This document shows positions 1 through 8,825 of a stretch of DNA of 64,000 bases, piece by piece. Below the pieces are notes generated by a model. It was not told where the DNA came from. It ran no database searches and saw nothing but the letters and a program-made list of their open reading frames with translations. The stretch's first letter is position 1. Each line of letters opens with the position of its first letter. This DNA is from Armatimonadota bacterium (lineage in GTDB: Bacteria > Armatimonadota > HRBIN16): the NCBI GenBank assembly GCA_963677485.1, contig OY781964.1:4384001-4448000 (forward strand). Direction: 5' to 3'. Both the position numbers and the translations under genes were made by a program.

Positions 1-538
1 GATGGGCGACCCAATCATTGATAGTGCTGACAAGATTCAACGGATTGAGAACGCCTGCTCGCTGATGCCGTCACCTCGTAACTACATGATGGCTGCCAAG
101 ATGGCCGATGGCCTGCAAAATTCTCAAAAGGCCTTGGAACTATACGAGCGGCTGTTGGCAGTTGACCCGGTGTCGCCGAGGGGATATGTGCGGTATGCTG
201 GTTTGTTGGAACGCCTCAGGATGTATCCAAAAGCTGCTGAGGTGTACAAGCGGCTCGTGGAACTGGAGCAGTCACCTGCAGGTCAAATCCGAGCCGTGCC
301 GGAGCTGCCGGAAACCGACTTTATATTTGGGCATGGTGGGCTGGCACGAGATGCCGCACGCCGCGGTGATGGCAAACAGGCCGTGGAGCAATACCAAGAG
401 GTGCTATTGAAGTTGGCCGCCGATGTGAAAGCGCGCGACGCGAACCCGACGATGAATCTGGCCAAACCACGCGAGATGTCGGATGAGCTGGACGCGCTAG
501 AGCGAGAGGCCAAGAGCTGGTTGAGCACGGACCAATAG
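1..538 (+). CDS. TPR-repeat protein, C-terminal part (5' truncated by window edge)
   Basis: Open frame from window start; helical repeats 'ALELYERLLAVDP', 'AAEVYKRLVELE', 'AVEQYQEVL' fit the TPR pattern. Confidence 0.65.
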   Translation, partial: MGDPIIDSADKIQRIENACSLMPSPRNYMMAAKMADGLQNSQKALELYERLLAVDPVSPRGYVRYAGLLERLRMYPKAAEVYKRLVELEQSPAGQIRAVPELPETDFIFGHGGLARDAARRGDGKQAVEQYQEVLLKLAADVKARDANPTMNLAKPREMSDELDALEREAKSWLSTDQ

Positions 539-581
539 TGGCGAGGGGGCTGTTAAAGCCGGGTGCCTTCTAATAAAATCG

Positions 582-621
582 GGGCCCGTGAACGGCAGGT
601 CTATCTGCAGCTCACGGGCCC
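582..621. terminator. Hairpin between convergent genes (likely bidirectional terminator)
   Basis: GGGCCCGTGA...TCACGGGCCC 10-bp stem with inner GCAG/CTGC pairing. Confidence 0.55.
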
Positions 622-637
622 ATTTGAATCATGCTTG

Positions 638-1162
638 CTAATAGTGGATCAGCGAGCAGACCTCAACCCCAGTCAAGAGCTTTCGGCCCTCAAGGAAATC
701 CAACTCGATCATGAAGGCCAATCCAGCCACCGTTCCACCGACCATCTCCACCAGCTTGACAGCGGCACAAGCGGTGCCGCCGGTAGCCAGCAGGTCGTCG
801 ACAACGAGCACTTTTTGTCCAGGTTTGACCGCATCGGTATGCATTTCGATCTCTGCAACGCCATACTCCAGGCTGTAGGCTTGCACCACGGTGTCATAGG
901 GCAGCTTACCTTTCTTGCGGATCGGCACGAAACTGATGTTGAGCTCACGCGCCAGAGCGACGCCGAAAATGAATCCTCGGCTTTCGATTCCGGCGATCGC
1001 CTCAGCATCACATTTCCGTGCGAAGTCAGCCATCATTGATATGATTTCAGCGAACGCCTCTGGGTTCTGTAGCACCGGTGTGATGTCGCGAAACAAGATA
1101 CCGGGCTGCGGGAAGTCAGGGATGGACCGGATGAGCTGTTCGGCTTGAAGTGCTTTCATCAT
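638..1162 (-). CDS. apt: Adenine phosphoribosyltransferase
   Basis: Motifs PDFPQPGILFRDIT, GIESRGF, RKKGKLP, YSLEYG and PRPP loop VVDDLLATGGT; ATGA overlap with mtnA stop. Confidence 0.97.
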   Translation of the reverse strand: MMKALQAEQLIRSIPDFPQPGILFRDITPVLQNPEAFAEIISMMADFARKCDAEAIAGIESRGFIFGVALARELNISFVPIRKKGKLPYDTVVQAYSLEYGVAEIEMHTDAVKPGQKVLVVDDLLATGGTACAAVKLVEMVGGTVAGLAFMIELDFLEGRKLLTGVEVCSLIHY

Positions 1163-2196
1163 TTGGCTCCTTTGATGGCTTGCATGATCGACTGAGTGTA
1201 TGGAGGGCGCAGCACGCCTTGCTCCGTGATGATTCCCGCTATCAGGGCTGCTGGCGTGACATCAAACCCAGGGTTCCAGAACTTGGCCCCGTTGGGGGCT
1301 ATCTGCACGTCTTGAATATGCGAGACCTCGCGGTGTGTTCGCTCTTCAATGGGGATGCCGCTGCCATCGGCCAGCTTCTGGTCAAATGTGCTGAGCGGGG
1401 CCGCGATGTAGAAGGGCACATGGTGGTAGTTTGAAATCACCGCCAGGCCGAAGGTGCCCACCTTGTTCGCGGTATCGCCATTCATGGCGATGCGGTCGGC
1501 ACCGACCACGACGGCATCAACTTCCCCGCGTGATTGGAGGCTGGCGGCCATATTGTCGGTGATGATGGTGACTTCGAAGCCGTCTTCTATCAGTTCCCAG
1601 CCCGTCAACTGCATCCCCTGAAGGCGGGGGCGGGTTTCGTCAGCGTATACCTTGATCTGCTTCCCAGCCTCTCTGGCGGCCCGAAACACACCCAGGGCCG
1701 TTCCGTAGCCCACACAGGCCAGGGCACCTGCGTTGCAGTGTGTCTGCACACGGCAGGGATCAGGCAGCAGTTCCTGCCCGTAGAAGCCAAGCTTGCGGTT
1801 GATCGCGATGTCCTCCTCCAGCACCAGCTCGCTTTCGACGCGCAGCAGACGTGAGGCCTCGGAAGCCGATGGAGCTTTCAGAGCCACACCCTTCATCCGC
1901 TCAATCGCCCAGAACAGGTTGACGGCTGTGGGTCGTGTGGCAGCAAAGACCTCGCATGCATGAAGGAACTGCGGCATGAACTCACCACCCGCCTCAGCGA
2001 TCTGCCGTCCGGCGAGAGCCAGACCACACGCGGCTGTTCCGCCGATGGCCGGTGCACCGCGCACCACCATGTCGGTGATGCTGGCAGCAACATCATGCCA
2101 GTCATGGTATTCCACCATCACAAGCTTGTGCGGTAGTTTGGTCTGGTCGATCATTTTTACCGCATCGCCTGCCCATTGAACAGTTTGAGGGATCAT
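1159..2196 (-). CDS. mtnA: S-methyl-5-thioribose-1-phosphate isomerase
   Basis: Motifs MVVRGAPAIG, TRPTAVNLFWA, THCNAGALA, ETRPRLQG, GADRIAMNGDTANKVGT, NPGFDVTP. Confidence 0.97.
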   Translation of the reverse strand: MIPQTVQWAGDAVKMIDQTKLPHKLVMVEYHDWHDVAASITDMVVRGAPAIGGTAACGLALAGRQIAEAGGEFMPQFLHACEVFAATRPTAVNLFWAIERMKGVALKAPSASEASRLLRVESELVLEEDIAINRKLGFYGQELLPDPCRVQTHCNAGALACVGYGTALGVFRAAREAGKQIKVYADETRPRLQGMQLTGWELIEDGFEVTIITDNMAASLQSRGEVDAVVVGADRIAMNGDTANKVGTFGLAVISNYHHVPFYIAAPLSTFDQKLADGSGIPIEERTHREVSHIQDVQIAPNGAKFWNPGFDVTPAALIAGIITEQGVLRPPYTQSIMQAIKGAK

Positions 2197-2211
2197 GTAT
2201 ATACTCCTGGC

Positions 2212-3021
2212 CTAGTGGCCTAAAATCGCGTGGTCAAGGGAATGAGAACACTGGCAGTGGTGCTCTATGGGTGTCTTGGTGATGACATCCAGCACGACTT
2301 GCTTAATCCGAGAAGAGTTTTCGGCAAACACTCGCCCTACTTCCGCAAATGTGACCGGCGGCACATCGCCCTCCGCCACCAGCCCGCAGTCGTAGTCAGT
2401 CACCAGGCCGATACCCACCACACACATGGCCTGCTCCACCGCCAGGATGACCTCGGGGTAGGCGGTCATGGAGATCGTATGCCATCCCTGGTCTGTGAAC
2501 ATCTGGCTCTCCGCAGAGCTGCTGAACCGTGGACCGTTGATCACGACCATCGTTCCAGTCTCCCAACATGGGATGTTTTGTTCTTTAATAGAGTCGATGG
2601 CAATCTGTCGCATCTCAGGGCAATAGGGGTTGGCTGCACTCACGTGGCAGACAACCGGACCGTCGTAAAAAGTGTCGAAACGTCCCCGCGTCCGATCTAC
2701 AAACTGATCTACAACCACAAAATGACCTGGTTTGATCTCGGCTTGCAGACTACCACAGGCGCAAGGGCTGAGGATTCGGCTCACTCCCAGATGCTTCATC
2801 GCCCAGAGGTTGGCACGGTAATTGATTTGGTGAGGAGGTATGGTGTGGTCAACGCTATGACGCGGCATAAAGGCCACACTCTTTCCTGCGACCTCGGCAA
2901 TTGAGATGTTGGCACTAGGATGTCCATACGGAGTATCTACCGCGAACGTTTCTGCGTTGGTAAAGAGCGAATAGAAACCAGAACCGCCGAAAACCCCGAT
3001 ATCTGCGCGAGGTAACTGCAT
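2212..3021 (-). CDS. mtnP: S-methyl-5'-thioadenosine phosphorylase (MTAP)
   Basis: Motifs GGSG, TPYG, PPHQINYRAN, DQFVDRT, GPRFSS, VTDYD; co-oriented with mtnA and apt. Confidence 0.93.
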   Translation of the reverse strand: MQLPRADIGVFGGSGFYSLFTNAETFAVDTPYGHPSANISIAEVAGKSVAFMPRHSVDHTIPPHQINYRANLWAMKHLGVSRILSPCACGSLQAEIKPGHFVVVDQFVDRTRGRFDTFYDGPVVCHVSAANPYCPEMRQIAIDSIKEQNIPCWETGTMVVINGPRFSSSAESQMFTDQGWHTISMTAYPEVILAVEQAMCVVGIGLVTDYDCGLVAEGDVPPVTFAEVGRVFAENSSRIKQVVLDVITKTPIEHHCQCSHSLDHAILGH

Positions 3022-3100
3022 CCCGAATTCCTCCTACACCGAGTAACATAGTATATGGGTGAATAGTTCCCAATCTTTATTGTAACCTCAGAAGGGGTAA

Positions 3101-4075
3101 ATGCCGATGGGTTTCGATGTATTTGGTATGTGCAATGCACTTATCGATCTGCAAGCACAGGTTACCGATACGCTGCTTGAGGAGTTGAATCTGAATAAAA
3201 ACTCAATGCAGTTAGTTGATGAACAACAGAGCGATCATATTCTGGAGTGTATCGGCAGTTTAGTGACGAATGTAGAGGCGGGTGGATCGGGCGCGAATAC
3301 GATGATCGGCATTGCTCAGATGGGCGGTGTTGCCAGCTTCTCCAGCAGTGTTGGGCGAGACGAGTATGGCGACCGGTATATCAACGGCCTTGAGCGTAAA
3401 CACGTTACCCCCTGCATCGCACGCAAAGACGGCCTCACTGGCACGTCGATCATCCTCATTACCCCCGATGCGGAGCGCACCATGCTGACCTGCCTCGGTG
3501 CCAGTCGAAACATGACCGATGATGATGTGAACATTACGCTGTTGCGAAGAAGCCGCACATTGTATATCACAGGATATATGTGGGATACCCCGGCGCAGAA
3601 AGCTGCGGTAAGGTTCGCGATGCAGACAGCGAAGGAGCACGGAATCACCGTAGCATTTAGTCTCGCCGACCCGTTCTGTGTCGTACGGCACAAAGCGGAC
3701 TTTGAGCATTTGATCAAGAATTATGTCGATGTGGTGATTGGTAACGGCGATGAGATGCGTGCCTTGACCGACTGCAGTGATCCGCTTGATGCAGTAGATG
3801 AGCTTGCTCAAGGTGGACGTATTGCTGCGGTCACCCTGGGTGCCTCTGGATCTGTGCTGGCGGGCGGCGGCAAGAGGGCGCGAATCAATGCGCGTGAAGT
3901 GAATGCCATCGACACGACTGGTGCAGGTGACATGTTCGCGGCGGGACTGTTATACGGATTGGCTCGCGAGCTCACATTAGAGCGGTGTGGTCAGATTGCC
4001 AGTTATGCCTCAGGCGAAGTGGTTGCCAAGATCGGCCCGAGGGTCGATCATTTGAATATCGCCCATTTGGTGTAG
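3101..4075 (+). CDS. PfkB-family nucleoside (adenosine) kinase
   Basis: N-terminal GMCNALID, AGGSGANT, ERTMLTCLGAS and PfkB signature DTTGAGDMFAAG; divergent from the MTA operon. Confidence 0.85.
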   Translation: MPMGFDVFGMCNALIDLQAQVTDTLLEELNLNKNSMQLVDEQQSDHILECIGSLVTNVEAGGSGANTMIGIAQMGGVASFSSSVGRDEYGDRYINGLERKHVTPCIARKDGLTGTSIILITPDAERTMLTCLGASRNMTDDDVNITLLRRSRTLYITGYMWDTPAQKAAVRFAMQTAKEHGITVAFSLADPFCVVRHKADFEHLIKNYVDVVIGNGDEMRALTDCSDPLDAVDELAQGGRIAAVTLGASGSVLAGGGKRARINAREVNAIDTTGAGDMFAAGLLYGLARELTLERCGQIASYASGEVVAKIGPRVDHLNIAHLV

Positions 4076-4077
4076 TC

Positions 4078-5553
4078 ATGAAAACAATACGGCTGCTGTT
4101 GTGCCTGTGTTGCCTGACTCTGACTGCGGTATGCTGGTCACAGCATACCGACGAAACATCGGATGCGGGCCAGGTTTTGGCCCCCATACTCAGCCTTTCG
4201 GAGCAGGGTGATGTGGTTGGTGTGACCAAACTGCTGGACGAAGGCACAGATGTCGACGTTGTCGATAATGCAGGTCGGACACCACTTTGGCGGGCTGCGG
4301 CTGCGGGACAGGTAGACGTGATGCGACTGCTGTTGGGCCGGAAGGCGGACGTCAACCATGCTGATGATCGCAAAATGACACCGCTTGACGCTGCAGCACA
4401 GAAGGGACAGAGCAAGGCGGTGCTATTGCTGCTGCAGTTTCGGGCCAAACCTATGCTCATGGCATCACTAGGCCTTTACCCGGTACATTACGCCGCTATG
4501 TCTGGTGATGTAGCAACTCTCAGGATTTTTGTCACATCTGAGAAGACGAAGAATCTGAGGAGCAGCCGTGGATACTACCTTCTTCATTTTGCAGTGATGT
4601 CCAACAAGCCAGATGCGGTCATGTGGTTATTGCAGCACGGGGCAAAGGTGGACGCGGTGGGTTATGATGGTATGACCGCTTTGAACATCGCCGCGCGTGT
4701 CAAGACGGTGGATATGGCTGAGTTGCTTTGCGATCATGGAGCCAATATCAACAGAGTTGGGCTGACCGGCGAAACACCGCTATATTCGGCTTGTGCCGCC
4801 GCCAATGAAGCACTGGTCACCAGGCTCATGCAGAAAGGTGCCAATCCCAAGTTGGTCGGGGCTAATGGAAGGACCGCCCTGCTTGGGGCCGTGTCTTCAG
4901 GCAGTATCGCTATTACCACGTTGATGCTCGATAAAGGGTGTTCGCCAAATGACCGTGACAAAGCAGGACTTTCGCCTCTGCTGCAGGCTGTGTATCGTGG
5001 AGAGCTGCCAATGGTGCAGTTGTTAGTTAACCGAGGTGCCACTGTCGACATCACGAACTGGAGCGGCCTCACGCCTCTGTATACGGCTCTGATGCATAGA
5101 AGGCAGGAAATCGCCCAGTACTTACTCGATAAGGGTGCCCAGGTGAATGGGATAGACCCGGACGGGTATACATTTTTACATCGGGCGGCGCAAGAGAATC
5201 GTGCTGATGTTGCTGGAATTCTGCTGGCTGTCGGCGCGAAGATCAACACGCAGACGGTGGGTGGGAAGCTCACTCCGTTGTATTATGCGGTCACGGAGAG
5301 TGCTGATGACATGGTGGAGCTGCTGCTGCAGTCTGGCGCGGACCCGAATATACCCTCTGCGCGTGGTTCTACGCCACTACATGTGGCAGCCGAAAGAGGG
5401 GAGCGGGGTCTTGCGCAGCTACTTGTCGAGCATGGAGCGAACCCAGCGTTGAAGGACCGCGACGGGAAAACACCATATGATATTGCAGTGAAGATGCAGG
5501 ACAAGGGTATGCAGGAGTATTTGCAGGGGTTATCATCAACTAAGGGTAAGTAA
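4078..5553 (+). CDS. Secreted ankyrin-repeat protein
   Basis: ATG at 4078 just after the kinase stop gives a signal peptide MKTIRLLLCLCC...; more than ten G-x-TPLH/Y-x-A ankyrin repeats. Confidence 0.9.
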   Translation: MKTIRLLLCLCCLTLTAVCWSQHTDETSDAGQVLAPILSLSEQGDVVGVTKLLDEGTDVDVVDNAGRTPLWRAAAAGQVDVMRLLLGRKADVNHADDRKMTPLDAAAQKGQSKAVLLLLQFRAKPMLMASLGLYPVHYAAMSGDVATLRIFVTSEKTKNLRSSRGYYLLHFAVMSNKPDAVMWLLQHGAKVDAVGYDGMTALNIAARVKTVDMAELLCDHGANINRVGLTGETPLYSACAAANEALVTRLMQKGANPKLVGANGRTALLGAVSSGSIAITTLMLDKGCSPNDRDKAGLSPLLQAVYRGELPMVQLLVNRGATVDITNWSGLTPLYTALMHRRQEIAQYLLDKGAQVNGIDPDGYTFLHRAAQENRADVAGILLAVGAKINTQTVGGKLTPLYYAVTESADDMVELLLQSGADPNIPSARGSTPLHVAAERGERGLAQLLVEHGANPALKDRDGKTPYDIAVKMQDKGMQEYLQGLSSTKGK

Positions 5554-5557
5554 AAAG

Positions 5558-5633
5558 TGGCGCGCCCAGAGGGACTCGAACCCCCGACCTCTAGGTCCGC
5601 AACCTAGCGCTCTATCCGCTGAGCTATGGGCGC
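5558..5633 (-). tRNA. tRNA-Arg (anticodon GCG), copy 2
   Basis: Reverse complement GCGCCCATAGCTCAGCGGATAGAGCGCTAGGTT-GCG-GACCTAGAGGTCGGGGGTTCGAGTCCCTCTGGGCGCGCCA; full cloverleaf, TTCGA T-loop, A20 Arg determinant, encoded CCA. Confidence 0.97.
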
Positions 5634-5669
5634 AATCGAAACGATGGCAACACGGGCGTGATTATTAAT

Positions 5670-5745
5670 TGGCGCGCCCAGAGGGACTCGAACCCCCGAC
5701 CTCTAGGTCCGCAACCTAGCGCTCTATCCGCTGAGCTATGGGCGC
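5670..5745 (-). tRNA. tRNA-Arg (anticodon GCG), copy 1
   Basis: Identical 76-nt sequence to 5558..5633, separated by a 36-nt spacer. Confidence 0.97.
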
Positions 5746-5756
5746 GCGCCTTCGAT

Positions 5757-5785
5757 AGTATACCCCGCCCGAAGGAATTCTGCAA
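5757..5785 (-). promoter_or_regulatory. Sigma70-type promoter for the tRNA pair
   Basis: Minus strand TTGCAG-N17-TATACT, 11 nt upstream of the first tRNA. Confidence 0.75.
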
Positions 5786-5812
5786 ATTCAAGTGTTGTGA
5801 AGGCTTTTCTAA

Positions 5813-5848
5813 GGTATGCCCCGATTGCTTACGCATTCGGGGCATACC
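5813..5848 (-). terminator. Hairpin downstream of GH78 gene
   Basis: GGTATGCCCCGA...TCGGGGCATACC 12-bp stem just after the stop codon; weak U-tract. Confidence 0.6.
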
Positions 5849-5855
5849 ATCGTGC

Positions 5856-8762
5856 TTAGGCCTGGTACGGGGCGACGAACTGGTAATCGCCGCTGCCGAT
5901 GGTGACTAGAACCAGTCCATCCTGTGAACCAACGTTCTGCACACCGTCCACCTGGCTGAGAGGCTTGCCGGATTCGGTCACGGCTCCGGCGTCGCGCGTG
6001 GGCAGTAGCACCGTTGCGGTGGTGTTGGCGGGGATGGTCACATCCAGAGCGATGCTTCTTCCCTCCAGTCGCCAAGAGCTGCTGATGGTGCCGTATATGC
6101 TGTCATAGGAAGCCTTAACGTAGCTGATATCACCACCCGGTACCGGGCGGATCGATATCCGCTTGAAGCTTGGTGTGGCCAGGTCGATACCTGCCATGCG
6201 ATTCATCATCCACTCACCACAGCTTCCGTATGCGTAGTGGTTAAACGAGTTCATGCCCACATCGCCAAACCCGCGTTCAGCCGTCCAACTGTTCCAGCGC
6301 TCCCAGATCGTGGTTGCACCAGTGGTGACGGGGTAGAGCCAGGACGGGAAGGTCTTCTGCTCAAGAATGCGATAGGCGACATCCACACGGCCCATATCGG
6401 TCAATACTGGCAATATGAGATTCACTCCGAGGAACCCGGTCGCCAGATGCCATTTGCTGCCTTCCAGCAGTTGGATCAGCCGTCGCTTGGCGTAATCGAC
6501 CTTTGCCGATGAATCGAGCAGGTTCCAGGCGATGCCCATTAGGTATGCTGTCTGGGTGTCTCCTGACATTTTGCCATCGGCTGCCACGAAAGCTTTGTTG
6601 AAAGCCTGCTTGATTTTGGCTGCCAGATCGTTGAAATAGGCTCTGTCGGACGACTTGCCCCTCACAAGCGCGACCTGCGCCATAATCGTGCTGCAGCGGA
6701 AGAAGTAGGCGGTGCTGATGAGCTGACGCGGTGTGCCGCCATCCATACTTAACCAGTCGCCAAATCCTTCGTCCAGCCCAACCAGGTTGTTTGAGCGGTT
6801 CTTGTACCACTCCACCCAGAGTTTCATTTTGTTGTAATGGTCATCAAGCACTCTGGTGTCACCATAGAACATGTAAATGGTCCAGGGGCAGATCACACCA
6901 GCATCTCCCCAGGCGGGTGAGGTACCGGCTCCCATAGGGGCCACAGGGGCGATATTCTGGTAGCCGCCTTGAGCGTCCTGAGTGTCATTCAAGCTATTCA
7001 ACCAGGCTGTGTAGAACGCAGCTTGGTCCATGTTATATGAGCCCGACTTCACAAATACCTGAGCATCACCTGTCCAGCCCAACCGCTCGTCGCGCTGAGG
7101 GCAGTCGGTAGGAACTTCGAGGTAGTTGGATCGCTGTCCCCAGATGATGTTGGAATAGAGCTTGTTCAGCAGCGGCTCCGAGCATTCAAACTTGCTGGTC
7201 AGCTTACAGTCGGAGTGCAGCACTAAACCGGTGATGGCATCATCCGAAGGCTTGCTCGTGTAGCCGGTTAACTCCACATAGCGGAAGCCGTGGAAAGTGA
7301 ATTTGGGTTCCCAAACCTCTTCGCCGCCGCCTTTGCAGATATAGTTATCGGTGGCCTTGGCCCCGCGCAGGTTTGCGGTATACAGTGTGCCGTCTGGGTT
7401 GAGCATCTCGCCAAACCGCAGTGTGATCGTCTGACCTCTGCGCTCAGATACTTTTAAGCGGGCAAATCCGCTGAAGTTCTGACCCATATCATAAATCAAC
7501 ACGCCCGATTTGGGTTGTGTGACTTTGACAGGATTGATGATCTGTGTCTGTCGCACCGGTTCGCCTGGATGTGACTGCTTCAGCGCTGTCGTGGGGTTTG
7601 ACGGACGCTTGGAGGCCCCCCACACCGCTTTCACGATGACGACAGGCTGCCCCTTGCCATCGATACTGAGGCGTCTGTTTTCTTTCCGGGTTGTTGATTT
7701 GGGAACGCCGCCAACGGTGTAGTCCACTTTGATCGACTTTTCGATTCCGTAGCATGGGTCACTCAGCAGGCCAGTGGTGATATCAACACTGACGGTGTTG
7801 TTTTTCACAAGCTGGGCTATAATCGCTGTGACATCTTTCCAGATATCCATTGAGGTTGGCTTAGCTACCTCAACCGCTGGCCAGTTTTTGGGTGTATTAG
7901 GCAACGCCCAGTCACTTTGCTCTTTACGCGCATCGTAGTTCTCGCCATTGTAGATGTCGCTATATGTGATCGGACCATCAAGGTTGCATCCCCAACTCTT
8001 GTCGGTGATGACCATGTCACTGGAGCCATCCACATAGTCGATATGCAGTTGGGCGCAGAGAGCCAATCGGCCTTTACCGCCGTGGTGAAGCCCGAACCAT
8101 CCCGATCCTACTGTGGCGGCGATGAGGTTGGGCTGCGATGGGTTGATGATCTCAGTCACATCATACGCAAAGGTATAGATGCGTGAGTTGAAGTCTGTCC
8201 AACCTGGTGTGAACTTATCGAGAGTCACAACCTGTCCATTGATCAGAAGATCATACAAGCCAGCAGCGGTGACATAGACCACGGCTCGAGCGACTGGCTT
8301 CACTGGCACAAATCTCTTGCGGAACCGAATAGGGGTGTTCTCAGTAGAGCCATTCTGCATCTTCGCGGGCGCACTGATGAACTGTGCTTTCCAGTCAGAA
8401 GGCCCCATGAGCCCCATGGCCCACATCGAGCTGATGCTCCAGTCACTGGTCAGGCCCTTATCGTCCTTGATCCTGACACGCCAATAACAAACCTGCCGGC
8501 TGCGCAGAGGCTTGCCGTCGTATTCCAGCTGGCAGCTTTCGGCAGCATTGACCATTCCGCTATCCCAAAGGTCAGGCTGATTTTGTTCAAGTTTAGGTAA
8601 GCTTGAGGCCACCTGGATTTGATAAGCGGCTTGCAGGGAGGCACGAACAGGGGACGTGATCTCCCAGCTTAGTCTGGGTTTCTCACAATCGATGTTAATG
8701 GGTTTTGTGTGGTATTCGGTCCGAAGGTTAGAAATTGAGACTGGCGAGTTCTTGGCTTGCAT
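5856..8762 (-). CDS. Alpha-L-rhamnosidase (GH78) with internal lectin-like insertion
   Basis: Motifs YDMGQNFSG, FTFHGFRY, PTDCPQRDERLGWTGD, GATTIWERWN, MNSFNHYAYG. Confidence 0.93.
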   Translation of the reverse strand: MQAKNSPVSISNLRTEYHTKPINIDCEKPRLSWEITSPVRASLQAAYQIQVASSLPKLEQNQPDLWDSGMVNAAESCQLEYDGKPLRSRQVCYWRVRIKDDKGLTSDWSISSMWAMGLMGPSDWKAQFISAPAKMQNGSTENTPIRFRKRFVPVKPVARAVVYVTAAGLYDLLINGQVVTLDKFTPGWTDFNSRIYTFAYDVTEIINPSQPNLIAATVGSGWFGLHHGGKGRLALCAQLHIDYVDGSSDMVITDKSWGCNLDGPITYSDIYNGENYDARKEQSDWALPNTPKNWPAVEVAKPTSMDIWKDVTAIIAQLVKNNTVSVDITTGLLSDPCYGIEKSIKVDYTVGGVPKSTTRKENRRLSIDGKGQPVVIVKAVWGASKRPSNPTTALKQSHPGEPVRQTQIINPVKVTQPKSGVLIYDMGQNFSGFARLKVSERRGQTITLRFGEMLNPDGTLYTANLRGAKATDNYICKGGGEEVWEPKFTFHGFRYVELTGYTSKPSDDAITGLVLHSDCKLTSKFECSEPLLNKLYSNIIWGQRSNYLEVPTDCPQRDERLGWTGDAQVFVKSGSYNMDQAAFYTAWLNSLNDTQDAQGGYQNIAPVAPMGAGTSPAWGDAGVICPWTIYMFYGDTRVLDDHYNKMKLWVEWYKNRSNNLVGLDEGFGDWLSMDGGTPRQLISTAYFFRCSTIMAQVALVRGKSSDRAYFNDLAAKIKQAFNKAFVAADGKMSGDTQTAYLMGIAWNLLDSSAKVDYAKRRLIQLLEGSKWHLATGFLGVNLILPVLTDMGRVDVAYRILEQKTFPSWLYPVTTGATTIWERWNSWTAERGFGDVGMNSFNHYAYGSCGEWMMNRMAGIDLATPSFKRISIRPVPGGDISYVKASYDSIYGTISSSWRLEGRSIALDVTIPANTTATVLLPTRDAGAVTESGKPLSQVDGVQNVGSQDGLVLVTIGSGDYQFVAPYQA

Positions 8763-8793
8763 CGAATAACAGTCCTCAGGTCTTTCAGATCAT

Positions 8794-8815
8794 GGGGGTA
8801 TCAACCGATACCCCC
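8794..8815 (-). terminator. Short hairpin between GH38 and GH78 genes
   Basis: GGGGGTATC-AACC-GATACCCCC; no clear U-tract, so may be a stability hairpin. Confidence 0.4.
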
Positions 8816-8825
8816 GTTAGTTAGT

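Noticed and set aside
563-2904. Plus-strand ORFs of 158 and 224 aa
   Set aside because: Antisense shadows of apt and mtnP
3985-4077. Upstream extension of the ankyrin ORF
   Set aside because: Overlaps the kinase 3' end; ATG 4078 gives a clean signal peptide
5558-5745. Direct repeat with 36-nt spacer as a mini CRISPR array or integration att site
   Set aside because: Repeats are full 76-nt tRNAs; only two copies, and no cas or integrase nearby
5624-5909. Short ORFs (73-83 aa) over the tRNA pair
   Set aside because: Overlap tRNA genes and their promoter; no protein-like features
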